DNA from: Paramoeba atlantica
Taxonomy: Eukaryota; Protista; Discosea
Length of the DNA stretch: 64,000 nucleotides
Direction of reading: 5' to 3'
Assembly (NCBI GenBank): GCA_977017575.1
Contig: CDRNVI010000149.1
Coordinates: 1 to 64,000, forward strand
This document shows, piece after piece, positions 35,701 through 49,500 of this stretch (position 1 is its first letter; every line of letters begins with the position of its first letter). The notes below the pieces were generated by a model. The model was not told the DNA's origin, did not search any database, and saw only the letters and a program-made list of their open reading frames with translations. A program made the translations under genes and the position numbers.

Positions 35701-37340
35701 ACCACCTGTGTTTCCAATAGTGAACACAAATTCCTTTCTTCCTATTTCCTGCTGTTTTTGTTGGATTGACTTCTCCTTCCCTGGGTTGTATTATTTTTGA
35801 ATTTTTGAATTGAATTCTCTTGTCTTGTTCTTCATGTCTATGCCTTAAGTTCTCTGATTATCTTTTGTGCTCTCATGTTAATCCCTCTTTTGCTTCAAAG
35901 TAATATGTTTTGGATTATTGATTGCTTCTGCACCAATCCCTTATATTTTTCCATTCTATTCAACTGATATTTGTTTCTGTGATTTTGTGATTTATTTTGA
36001 TTTCCTCAATGGCTTAATATTTGGTTTAATAATGGAGTCTGTTTGTCTCATCTTGATTTGCTATGTTAAATATAAATCTTATTTGTTTTGCTGCTTTGCT
36101 TTAATTGTTCTTGATTTCTAATGTGTTGTGAAATTCTTTCTTTTGATTTATGTAAAACATATTCATTTGGAAGAGTGTATCAGAATCCTGGTGTGAACTA
36201 ATTCTATGTTATGCAAATTAATTTGTTTCTCTTTGTACACTACTGTGCTTCCCTGTTGTGTGAATATCCCTAATAAACATTTGTAAGATTATATAAACTG
36301 TTTTGATTCTGCATGTATTTCTATCTCTCTCATCTGAGCTCTTCCCATCCAGTTCTCACTCTGAATTCAAGTTGTTCCCTTAATATTTTCACACCATTTT
36401 ATTTATCTATTTCATATTATCTTTACATCAATTAATCCTATGTTCTGTAACATTTATCTGTGATTTAATTTCTCTGCCACATTCTTTTTCTTGTATGTTT
36501 TTGTCTTTCATTCTGTTTTGCTTCTTGTCAATTCCACATTTATTATATTTGTTGTTTCATATGAATACTTTTTTTGTTTGTTGGTAAAAGGAATAAACTT
36601 ACTTAATTGGTTTCCTTTGCAATGCATTGCCAATCTTTTCCATAATTTGCTCTTGACTTTTCTCTTTCTTTTTTTTCCCTTTCTTCCCTTTCTTTCTTTC
36701 CTTCACCCACCCACTTTTTCCTTCTCCAAACTCCTGGCCACTTCACACTCAATGCCTTTTCATATTCTTCAATCTCTTTTTTGTGTTGGATATTATGATT
36801 GTTGGTTCTATTTGAAAATTTTCATAATTCCTTCTGTTATTTCAATTGGTCTTTGTTGATGTTCACCTCATGCTTACAAACTGTATTTTGATGATTATTT
36901 TATTATTGATTTTGAGTTGAGTCCTAATCAAGCTTTTTTTCTTGATTTAATGAATGTTTGTGATCATTTGTATTGATTGAATGATGGTTGTATAGTTTTA
37001 ATACTTATTTCTATTTCATTTTGAATTTATAAATTTGTATTTTCAAATTTTTTTATTTCTCAACTGTTACTTTTGATTGTGAATTTGTAATTGTAGATTT
37101 GCCTAACTGGATTTATTTTTATGTTTAATGATTTCTTCTTTTGTTTTGTTTTCTCAAAGCTTGATTAGATTTTTCCCTCTATCTCAATGATGTTTTTAAA
37201 AATTCCTGATATTTTCAAAGTAATTTTGAATTGAATTTATACTTCTTGAATCTGAATGTACTTTGTTGTTAACCTTTTTGGATTTTTCACTTTATTATCT
37301 CAAATTCCTTGCCTGTGAATTTGAATTCTTATTTGTAATT
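32720..37340 (-). mobile_element. Unclassified decayed repeat, copy 2 (longer; contains ~570-bp direct repeats)
   Basis: 33805-36750 is the inverse of 19645-22580; 33240-33808 is repeated at 36770-37340. Confidence 0.65.
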
Positions 37341-37445
37341 TATTTTATTATTTTTTTTTTAAGTAAAAAATTTAAATTTAAAGAAATTGATTTTTAAGAT
37401 TGTTTCTTTTTTTTTTTTTTTTTGATTTTTGATTTTTTGATTTTT

Positions 37446-40400
37446 GATTATTTCCCAATCACTTTTTTCAATGTATAATTCAATATTTGTATTATTTTCA
37501 TTTTTTCTCAATTGTTATTTAGTTTTTGATGTTTAAAAGTTCATTTCCAAACAAGTTACAAATAAAATTGTACTTTTTACACAATTTTACAATCTATTTG
37601 ACTTATTTACAAAAAAAAAAACATATTTCCCTTTATTTTTGATCATTTCCCAACCACTTTTTTCAATGTCTATTTGTATTATTTTCATTTTTAGAAAATT
37701 GTTATTCAGTTTTTGATGTTTAAAAGTTCATTTCCAAACAAGTTACAAATAAAATTGAATATTTTACTCAATTTTACAATTTATTTGATTTATTTACAAA
37801 AAAAAAAACATATTTCCCTTTGTTTTTGATTATTTCCCAATCACTTTTTTCAATGTATAATTCAATATTTGTATTATTTTCATTTTTTCTCAATTGTTAT
37901 TTAGTTTTTGATGTTTAAAAGTTCATTTCCAGACAAGTTACAAATAAAATTGTACTTTTTACACAATTTTACAATCTATTTGACTTATTTACAAAAAAAA
38001 AAACATATTTCCCTTTATTTTTGATCATTTCCCAACCACTTTTTTCAATGTCTATTTGTATTATTTTCATTTTTAGAAAATTGTTATTCAGTTTTTGATG
38101 TTTAAAAGTTCATTTCCAAACAAGTTACAAATAAAATTGAATATTTTACTCAATTTTACAATTTATTTGATTTATTTACAAAAAAAAAAACATATTTCCC
38201 TTTGTTTTTGATTATTTCCCAATCACTTTTTTCAATGTATAATTCAATATTTGTATTATTTTCATTTTTTCTCAATTGTTATTTAGTTTTTGATGTTTAA
38301 AAGTTCATTTCCAGACAAGTTACAAATAAAATTGTACTTTTTACACAATTTTACAATCTATTTGACTTATTTACAAAAAAAAAAACATATTTCCCTTTAT
38401 TTTTGATCATTTCCCAACCACTTTTTTCAATGTCTATTTGTATTATTTTCATTTTTAGAAAATTGTTATTCAGTTTTTGATGTTTAAAAGTTCATTTCCA
38501 AACAAGTTACAAATAAAATTGAATATTTTACTCAATTTTACAATTTATTTGATTTATTTACAAAAAAAAAAACATATTTCCCTTTGTTTTTGATTATTTC
38601 CCAATCACTTTTTTCAATGTATAATTCAATATTTGTATTATTTTCATTTTTTCTCAATTGTTATTTAGTTTTTGATGTTTAAAAGTTCATTTCCAGACAA
38701 GTTACAAATAAAATTGTACTTTTTACACAATTTTACAATCTATTTGACTTATTTACAAAAAAAAAAACATATTTCCCTTTATTTTTGATCATTTCCCAAC
38801 CACTTTTTTCAATGTCTATTTGTATTATTTTCATTTTTAGAAAATTGTTATTCAGTTTTTGATGTTTAAAAGTTCATTTCCAAACAAGTTACAAATAAAA
38901 TTGAATATTTTACTCAATTTTACAATTTATTTGATTTATTTACAAAAAAAAAAACATATTTCCCTTTGTTTTTGATTATTTCCCAATCACTTTTTTCAAT
39001 GTATAATTCAATATTTGTATTATTTTCATTTTTTCTCAATTGTTATTTAGTTTTTGATGTTTAAAAGTTCATTTCCAGACAAGTTACAAATAAAATTGTA
39101 CTTTTTACACAATTTTACAATCTATTTGACTTATTTACAAAAAAAAAAACATATTTCCCTTTATTTTTGATCATTTCCCAACCACTTTTTTCAATGTCTA
39201 TTTGTATTATTTTCATTTTTAGAAAATTGTTATTCAGTTTTTGATGTTTAAAAGTTCATTTCCAAACAAGTTACAAATAAAATTGAATATTTTACTCAAT
39301 TTTACAATTTATTTGATTTATTTACAAAAAAAAAAACATATTTCCCTTTGTTTTTGATTATTTCCCAATCACTTTTTTCAATGTATAATTCAATATTTGT
39401 ATTATTTTCATTTTTTCTCAATTGTTATTTAGTTTTTGATGTTTAAAAGTTCATTTCCAGACAAGTTACAAATAAAATTGTACTTTTTACACAATTTTAC
39501 AATCTATTTGACTTATTTACAAAAAAAAAAACATATTTCCCTTTATTTTTGATCATTTCCCAACCACTTTTTTCAATGTCTATTTGTATTATTTTCATTT
39601 TTAGAAAATTGTTATTCAGTTTTTGATGTTTAAAAGTTCATTTCCAAACAAGTTACAAATAAAATTGAATATTTTACTCAATTTTACAATTTATTTGATT
39701 TATTTACAAAAAAAAAAACATATTTCCCTTTGTTTTTGATTATTTCCCAATCACTTTTTTCAATGTATAATTCAATATTTGTATTATTTTCATTTTTTCT
39801 CAATTGTTATTTAGTTTTTGATGTTTAAAAGTTCATTTCCAGACAAGTTACAAATAAAATTGTACTTTTTACACAATTTTACAATCTATTTGACTTATTT
39901 ACAAAAAAAAAAACATATTTCCCTTTATTTTTGATCATTTCCCAACCACTTTTTTCAATGTCTATTTGTATTATTTTCATTTTTAGAAAATTGTTATTCA
40001 GTTTTTGATGTTTAAAAGTTCATTTCCAAACAAGTTACAAATAAAATTGAATATTTTACTCAATTTTACAATTTATTTGATTTATTTACAAAAAAAAAAA
40101 CATATTTCCCTTTGTTTTTGATTATTTCCCAATCACTTTTTTCAATGTATAATTCAATATTTGTATTATTTTCATTTTTTCTCAATTGTTATTTAGTTTT
40201 TGATGTTTAAAAGTTCATTTCCAGACAAGTTACAAATAAAATTGTACTTTTTACACAATTTTACAATCTATTTGACTTATTTACAAAAAAAAAAACATAT
40301 TTCCCTTTATTTTTGATCATTTCCCAACCACTTTTTTCAATGTCTATTTGTATTATTTTCATTTTTAGAAAATTGTTATTCAGTTTTTGATGTTTAAAAG

Positions 40401-43400
40401 TTCATTTCCAAACAAGTTACAAATAAAATTGAATATTTTACTCAATTTTACAATTTATTTGATTTATTTACAAAAAAAAAAACATATTTCCCTTTGTTTT
40501 TGATTATTTCCCAATCACTTTTTTCAATGTATAATTCAATATTTGTATTATTTTCATTTTTTCTCAATTGTTATTTAGTTTTTGATGTTTAAAAGTTCAT
40601 TTCCAGACAAGTTACAAATAAAATTGTACTTTTTACACAATTTTACAATCTATTTGACTTATTTACAAAAAAAAAAACATATTTCCCTTTATTTTTGATC
40701 ATTTCCCAACCACTTTTTTCAATGTCTATTTGTATTATTTTCATTTTTAGAAAATTGTTATTCAGTTTTTGATGTTTAAAAGTTCATTTCCAAACAAGTT
40801 ACAAATAAAATTGAATATTTTACTCAATTTTACAATTTATTTGATTTATTTACAAAAAAAAAAACATATTTCCCTTTGTTTTTGATTATTTCCCAATCAC
40901 TTTTTTCAATGTATAATTCAATATTTGTATTATTTTCATTTTTTCTCAATTGTTATTTAGTTTTTGATGTTTAAAAGTTCATTTCCAGACAAGTTACAAA
41001 TAAAATTGTACTTTTTACACAATTTTACAATCTATTTGACTTATTTACAAAAAAAAAAACATATTTCCCTTTATTTTTGATCATTTCCCAACCACTTTTT
41101 TCAATGTCTATTTGTATTATTTTCATTTTTAGAAAATTGTTATTCAGTTTTTGATGTTTAAAAGTTCATTTCCAAACAAGTTACAAATAAAATTGAATAT
41201 TTTACTCAATTTTACAATTTATTTGATTTATTTACAAAAAAAAAAACATATTTCCCTTTGTTTTTGATTATTTCCCAATCACTTTTTTCAATGTATAATT
41301 CAATATTTGTATTATTTTCATTTTTTCTCAATTGTTATTTAGTTTTTGATGTTTAAAAGTTCATTTCCAGACAAGTTACAAATAAAATTGTACTTTTTAC
41401 ACAATTTTACAATCTATTTGACTTATTTACAAAAAAAAAAACATATTTCCCTTTATTTTTGATCATTTCCCAACCACTTTTTTCAATGTCTATTTGTATT
41501 ATTTTCATTTTTAGAAAATTGTTATTCAGTTTTTGATGTTTAAAAGTTCATTTCCAAACAAGTTACAAATAAAATTGAATATTTTACTCAATTTTACAAT
41601 TTATTTGATTTATTTACAAAAAAAAAAACATATTTCCCTTTGTTTTTGATTATTTCCCAATCACTTTTTTCAATGTATAATTCAATATTTGTATTATTTT
41701 CATTTTTTCTCAATTGTTATTTAGTTTTTGATGTTTAAAAGTTCATTTCCAGACAAGTTACAAATAAAATTGTACTTTTTACACAATTTTACAATCTATT
41801 TGACTTATTTACAAAAAAAAAAACATATTTCCCTTTATTTTTGATCATTTCCCAACCACTTTTTTCAATGTCTATTTGTATTATTTTCATTTTTAGAAAA
41901 TTGTTATTCAGTTTTTGATGTTTAAAAGTTCATTTCCAAACAAGTTACAAATAAAATTGAATATTTTACTCAATTTTACAATTTATTTGATTTATTTACA
42001 AAAAAAAAAACATATTTCCCTTTGTTTTTGATTATTTCCCAATCACTTTTTTCAATGTATAATTCAATATTTGTATTATTTTCATTTTTTCTCAATTGTT
42101 ATTTAGTTTTTGATGTTTAAAAGTTCATTTCCAGACAAGTTACAAATAAAATTGTACTTTTTACACAATTTTACAATCTATTTGACTTATTTACAAAAAA
42201 AAAAACATATTTCCCTTTATTTTTGATCATTTCCCAACCACTTTTTTCAATGTCTATTTGTATTATTTTCATTTTTAGAAAATTGTTATTCAGTTTTTGA
42301 TGTTTAAAAGTTCATTTCCAAACAAGTTACAAATAAAATTGAATATTTTACTCAATTTTACAATTTATTTGATTTATTTACAAAAAAAAAAACATATTTC
42401 CCTTTGTTTTTGATTATTTCCCAATCACTTTTTTCAATGTATAATTCAATATTTGTATTATTTTCATTTTTTCTCAATTGTTATTTAGTTTTTGATGTTT
42501 AAAAGTTCATTTCCAGACAAGTTACAAATAAAATTGTACTTTTTACACAATTTTACAATCTATTTGACTTATTTACAAAAAAAAAAACATATTTCCCTTT
42601 ATTTTTGATCATTTCCCAACCACTTTTTTCAATGTCTATTTGTATTATTTTCATTTTTAGAAAATTGTTATTCAGTTTTTGATGTTTAAAAGTTCATTTC
42701 CAAACAAGTTACAAATAAAATTGAATATTTTACTCAATTTTACAATTTATTTGATTTATTTACAAAAAAAAAAACATATTTCCCTTTGTTTTTGATTATT
42801 TCCCAATCACTTTTTTCAATGTATAATTCAATATTTGTATTATTTTCATTTTTTCTCAATTGTTATTTAGTTTTTGATGTTTAAAAGTTCATTTCCAGAC
42901 AAGTTACAAATAAAATTGTACTTTTTACACAATTTTACAATCTATTTGACTTATTTACAAAAAAAAAAACATATTTCCCTTTATTTTTGATCATTTCCCA
43001 ACCACTTTTTTCAATGTCTATTTGTATTATTTTCATTTTTAGAAAATTGTTATTCAGTTTTTGATGTTTAAAAGTTCATTTCCAAACAAGTTACAAATAA
43101 AATTGAATATTTTACTCAATTTTACAATTTATTTGATTTATTTACAAAAAAAAAAACATATTTCCCTTTGTTTTTGATTATTTCCCAATCACTTTTTTCA
43201 ATGTATAATTCAATATTTGTATTATTTTCATTTTTTCTCAATTGTTATTTAGTTTTTGATGTTTAAAAGTTCATTTCCAGACAAGTTACAAATAAAATTG
43301 TACTTTTTACACAATTTTACAATCTATTTGACTTATTTACAAAAAAAAAAACATATTTCCCTTTATTTTTGATCATTTCCCAACCACTTTTTTCAATGTC

Positions 43401-45820
43401 TATTTGTATTATTTTCATTTTTAGAAAATTGTTATTCAGTTTTTGATGTTTAAAAGTTCATTTCCAAACAAGTTACAAATAAAATTGAATATTTTACTCA
43501 ATTTTACAATTTATTTGATTTATTTACAAAAAAAAAAACATATTTCCCTTTGTTTTTGATTATTTCCCAATCACTTTTTTCAATGTATAATTCAATATTT
43601 GTATTATTTTCATTTTTTCTCAATTGTTATTTAGTTTTTGATGTTTAAAAGTTCATTTCCAGACAAGTTACAAATAAAATTGTACTTTTTACACAATTTT
43701 ACAATCTATTTGACTTATTTACAAAAAAAAAAACATATTTCCCTTTATTTTTGATCATTTCCCAACCACTTTTTTCAATGTCTATTTGTATTATTTTCAT
43801 TTTTAGAAAATTGTTATTCAGTTTTTGATGTTTAAAAGTTCATTTCCAAACAAGTTACAAATAAAATTGAATATTTTACTCAATTTTACAATTTATTTGA
43901 TTTATTTACAAAAAAAAAAACATATTTCCCTTTGTTTTTGATTATTTCCCAATCACTTTTTTCAATGTATAATTCAATATTTGTATTATTTTCATTTTTT
44001 CTCAATTGTTATTTAGTTTTTGATGTTTAAAAGTTCATTTCCAGACAAGTTACAAATAAAATTGTACTTTTTACACAATTTTACAATCTATTTGACTTAT
44101 TTACAAAAAAAAAAACATATTTCCCTTTATTTTTGATCATTTCCCAACCACTTTTTTCAATGTCTATTTGTATTATTTTCATTTTTAGAAAATTGTTATT
44201 CAGTTTTTGATGTTTAAAAGTTCATTTCCAAACAAGTTACAAATAAAATTGAATATTTTACTCAATTTTACAATTTATTTGATTTATTTACAAAAAAAAA
44301 AACATATTTCCCTTTGTTTTTGATTATTTCCCAATCACTTTTTTCAATGTATAATTCAATATTTGTATTATTTTCATTTTTTCTCAATTGTTATTTAGTT
44401 TTTGATGTTTAAAAGTTCATTTCCAGACAAGTTACAAATAAAATTGTACTTTTTACACAATTTTACAATCTATTTGACTTATTTACAAAAAAAAAAACAT
44501 ATTTCCCTTTATTTTTGATCATTTCCCAACCACTTTTTTCAATGTCTATTTGTATTATTTTCATTTTTAGAAAATTGTTATTCAGTTTTTGATGTTTAAA
44601 AGTTCATTTCCAAACAAGTTACAAATAAAATTGAATATTTTACTCAATTTTACAATTTATTTGATTTATTTACAAAAAAAAAAACATATTTCCCTTTGTT
44701 TTTGATTATTTCCCAATCACTTTTTTCAATGTATAATTCAATATTTGTATTATTTTCATTTTTTCTCAATTGTTATTTAGTTTTTGATGTTTAAAAGTTC
44801 ATTTCCAGACAAGTTACAAATAAAATTGTACTTTTTACACAATTTTACAATCTATTTGACTTATTTACAAAAAAAAAAACATATTTCCCTTTATTTTTGA
44901 TCATTTCCCAACCACTTTTTTCAATGTCTATTTGTATTATTTTCATTTTTAGAAAATTGTTATTCAGTTTTTGATGTTTAAAAGTTCATTTCCAAACAAG
45001 TTACAAATAAAATTGAATATTTTACTCAATTTTACAATTTATTTGATTTATTTACAAAAAAAAAAACATATTTCCCTTTGTTTTTGATTATTTCCCAATC
45101 ACTTTTTTCAATGTATAATTCAATATTTGTATTATTTTCATTTTTTCTCAATTGTTATTTAGTTTTTGATGTTTAAAAGTTCATTTCCAGACAAGTTACA
45201 AATAAAATTGTACTTTTTACACAATTTTACAATCTATTTGACTTATTTACAAAAAAAAAAACATATTTCCCTTTATTTTTGATCATTTCCCAACCACTTT
45301 TTTCAATGTCTATTTGTATTATTTTCATTTTTAGAAAATTGTTATTCAGTTTTTGATGTTTAAAAGTTCATTTCCAAACAAGTTACAAATAAAATTGAAT
45401 ATTTTACTCAATTTTACAATTTATTTGATTTATTTACAAAAAAAAAAACATATTTCCCTTTGTTTTTGATTATTTCCCAATCACTTTTTTCAATGTATAA
45501 TTCAATATTTGTATTATTTTCATTTTTTCTCAATTGTTATTTAGTTTTTGATGTTTAAAAGTTCATTTCCAGACAAGTTACAAATAAAATTGTACTTTTT
45601 ACACAATTTTACAATCTATTTGACTTATTTACAAAAAAAAAAACATATTTCCCTTTATTTTTGATCATTTCCCAACCACTTTTTTCAATGTCTATTTGTA
45701 TTATTTTCATTTTTAGAAAATTGTTATTCAGTTTTTGATGTTTAAAAGTTCATTTCCAAACAAGTTACAAATAAAATTGAATATTTTACTCAATTTTACA
45801 ATTTATTTGATTTATTTATA
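37446..45820. repeat. Satellite array: 22 x 382 bp, each unit a 195+187 bp dimer
   Basis: Marker gattatttcccaatc recurs at 37446, 37828, 38210, 38592 ... 45468 (period 382); paralogous marker gatcatttcccaacc lies 195 bp into each unit; very AT-rich; no CpG seen. Confidence 0.97.
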
Positions 45821-45985
45821 AAAAAAAACTAAAAAACTGAAAAACTGAAAATTTGAAAAACTGAAAAATTGAAAAATTGAAAAATTGAAAAATTGAAAAA
45901 TTAAACAATTGGAAAATTGGAAAATTGGAAAATTGGAAAATTGGAAAATTGGAAAATTGGAAAATTGGAAAATTGGAAAATTAAA
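45820..45985. repeat. 8-bp minisatellite grading from aaaaactg to aaaaattg to gaaaattg
   Basis: Read directly from the sequence. Confidence 0.9.
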
Positions 45986-46271
45986 AGAATTGAACTTGAG
46001 ACTTCAAAAATGAGAAATTGAAGAAAAGAACAACTAAACTATCATACTCATCTTTAAAAAAACAAAAAAATAAGAAAGTTAATGAGATTAATTTAAATTT
46101 TTTTTTATTTTTTCTTTTTTAACATCATTTCTTTTGTATTAATCTTTTATATTTCTTCTTCAAAATAAAATCTAAAATTAATATCTTTTTCACTACTTTT
46201 CAAATTAAAAACTTCTCAAAATATTATTTTATCATATAAAAGAGTTTTTTATTCAAACTTTAAATCTTAAT

Positions 46272-46488
46272 TAAGTTTAAAAAAATATTCAAATATGAAA
46301 TATTATAAATATATATAACATCTTTATTTAAATTCTTGTTGAATTCAATTCAATTGATTAAAGTTTATTATCATTAATATCCTTATTACTACATTTTCTT
46401 TTCTTCACTTTTTCACTTTTTGATTTCCCCAGTTTTCAATTATACTTCTTTAAACTATTGAAACCTTAGAAGTAAAACAAAATCTACC
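46272..46488 (+). repeat. 5' LTR (heavily mutated; left edge uncertain)
   Basis: Aligns to 51504-51711; followed by PBS-like tggtgatgcttcaatttgaa. Confidence 0.85.
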
Positions 46489-46489
46489 T

Positions 46490-46509
46490 TGGTGATGCTT
46501 CAATTTGAA
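46490..46509 (+). promoter_or_regulatory. Putative primer-binding site
   Basis: Starts with TGG immediately after the 5' LTR; cognate tRNA not identified. Confidence 0.55.
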
Positions 46510-49500
46510 TAACCAATAGAAGAAGCATTTGATCTTGAGAAATTGCTTAGAGGAAACTCCAAGCAGAACAATTGGTGAAGGCAATTCATTTCCTGGTTGT
46601 GCAAAATGAAGAGTTGGTGTGAATAAAGAAGGAGTTTTTAAAGATGAAAGAACCAAACTACAAATCTTAGAAACAACATTGGAAATTGATAATTAAAGAT
46701 GTGAATTTCCAAAACCCAGTCCAAGTCTCTCAATTTTGCATCTAAAAAAAGAGTATTGAACAAGATATTTGACCAAACATACTTGAGTTCAGAAAACAAA
46801 TCAAGTTTGCAAGGGCAATTGAAACTCATTAGGCCAAAAGTTGGATGGATTACCTTTGAATTTGTTGTATACCCTTAATAGATTCTTTGGTGAGAAAGTT
46901 GTCCTTATGGAACAGCAGAAGTTTGATCTTTTTTGAGTACCTGATAAAAAAGTTACTAATCAAGAATTTCAGGTGGTAACTATAGAATATCTGCACCTGT
47001 TCTTGAAGATAAGAGAAACTCCCTTTCAGGAAACCTATGTGAAGGAAGCAATGTAAGAATTCAAAAATCCAATCTTCCAAGGTCTAAATAAAGTGTTTGT
47101 TAGGGGGGGAACAGATGAGTATTAAAGAACCAAAGAAAAATTGAAGAGGAGTGAACCAATAACCTGTTTTCTTTCATCCCTGGATGAGCACTGTGGATAA
47201 ATATGGTGATGCTGCAGCAAGGAAATATAAACATATGAGTCTTGTTAATTGGAACAAAAGAGTTCCAGGAAAGAGAGGATGTGGGGATTTCAGTTGGAAA
47301 ATACTTTACTTGTGAACTCCTTGGATGTGGGATATTAACTCTTGAAGAACTTAAAGAAAAAGCAAATGGTTTGTCAATTCTTTTAAGAGTAAAAAGGAAT
47401 TTACTCAAAATACTTGGCAACAAGACAAGATGGTGGTTAAGATGAGTGAAAATGGCTTCACAATCCATATTAGCAACCTAGTAAGAGACTTGAATCCTAA
47501 AATATACCAAATAAATGATAAACTGTTCAACATACCTTGCATGGTCAATGATATTTACTACACAAGCACTTTGTGATTCTAGGGCTTGCAGGATAGATGT
47601 TGTGGCAAGAACATTCCTGAATAAAGCAATTCCCAAACTTTGGAGACCATTACAAAGGAAATCAAAGGAAATTACATTTCCTTAGCTGACAAATCATCAA
47701 TAATGCCAACTGACTCCTTCCCAATCCTAGAGAGATTGGAGAATTAAAAATAACTACACAAACAAGATTGGATCCTAGATCAATCTTAGCAATTGAGGTC
47801 AGACAGAAAAAAAAAGTTCTACAACTGAGATTTGATCATGTGAGACAATATATCTACACTACCTGAATTGAGATTATGAATGTTGGAAATACCTCATTCT
47901 CACTTGAAAAAGGGTCTACATGTTGTAAAACACATTAATGTTACAGAAAAGGATGCAGAACAAACCATTGCAAAACCTCTTGATAAAAGACCAGTAAAAC
48001 TTCACCAAAGGAAGTCAGATGAAAGAATGTAGAAAGATAAATTGGTCACTCCAGAACTACAGCCTCAAGAGGACTGCCATGGAATGGCAAAACACATGTG
48101 CAATCAAGGAGGTTGGGGATTCTCAGAAGAAACAGCATCAATGTTCTTTAGCAAATATCCTATTGAGAGATGGTCAGAAAAATCTGGAAGAAGATGAAAA
48201 GATGATTCCAGAGGAATATGAGGAGTTCACAAAGAAAACTGACCTCACTCTTAGTGATCTCAATCTTGATCAAATGATTCAACTCTGTAAACTCTTTGAA
48301 AAATACAAAGAAATGTGGGACATACTTAGCAATGCTCCAATCATGCATACAGATGCAACAGAGTTCAAAATTGAACTTAAAAATGAAACTCAAGAGCCTT
48401 TTAGATGAGCTTATTATACAAAGGAGACAGTTAAAAGGACAATTGAAGAGAATCAAATCCAAGAGATGGCCAAGAGAAGAGTCATCCAATCATCAAATTC
48501 ACCATGTGAGTGGCAAAAAAGCAAATGAAAAAGTCTGATTCTATGTGGATTACAGAGAATTAAATGAAAGAACTAAGAAATGGAGTTATCCAATACCAAA
48601 AAAATTAATGATATGTTGTCATACCTGGGTGAATCCTCATTCTTTTCAACATTGGATATGACTGCAGCATTTTAGTCAATCCCAATCCAAGAGGAGGACA
48701 AGGGAAAAATGGCTTTTGTTCACAATTCAGACTGTGGGAATGGAATTCAATGCCATTTGGATTAACAAATGCTCTGGCAACACAGCAACATTTTATAGAT
48801 ACAATACTTGCTGGCTTGCAATAATATATATCTGTATTAATTATATTGATGACATAGTTATCTTCTCAAAAACCTTTGAGAAACATATTCAATCATTAGT
48901 AGAGAAAGTGCTGGATAGATTAAAGGAAAATAAGTTGCAAATTAACCTGAGTAAAGTGGTGAAAGATCTTTCACATTACTTGGATATACAGCAACAAAGG
49001 ATGGAATTTTGGCTAATGACAAGAAAGTCAAGGCCATAAAACATTTTCCACAACCAACCAATCAAAAGGAATTACAATCACTCTTAGGATTGGTTAGTTG
49101 GTGTAGGAGATTCATCCACAATTGTTCTCAAAAAACATACCACCTTCGAGAATTACTGCTACAACCATTATTTGAATGGGTTAAGGAGGCAGATAATGAA
49201 TTTCAGGAAATGAAGGAAACAATTGCAAGAATACCAATGCCAAATTTCAGAAAAACATTCTATATTCATGTGGACACATCAAAAAATGGTTATGATTCAA
49301 TACTGACACAACACCCTGATGATCCTCTTGATAAACCAGCACCAAAAAGGTCAGGAATACCAAAAAAGCACAAAATAGTCGCTTTCACAAGTCTGGCTTT
49401 GCCAAAACACAATAAAAATATACAAATTCTGAACAAGAATGTTATGAGGCTTACTGGGCAATTAACAAGTTTAAGGAATTCATTATGGGAAGAGATGTGG

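Noticed and set aside
37446-45820. CRISPR array
   Set aside because: No unique spacers, the unit is 382 bp, no cas genes, eukaryotic context.
45820-45985. Interstitial telomere
   Set aside because: The motif drifts along the tract and matches no telomere repeat I can confirm; kept only as a low-interest boundary observation.
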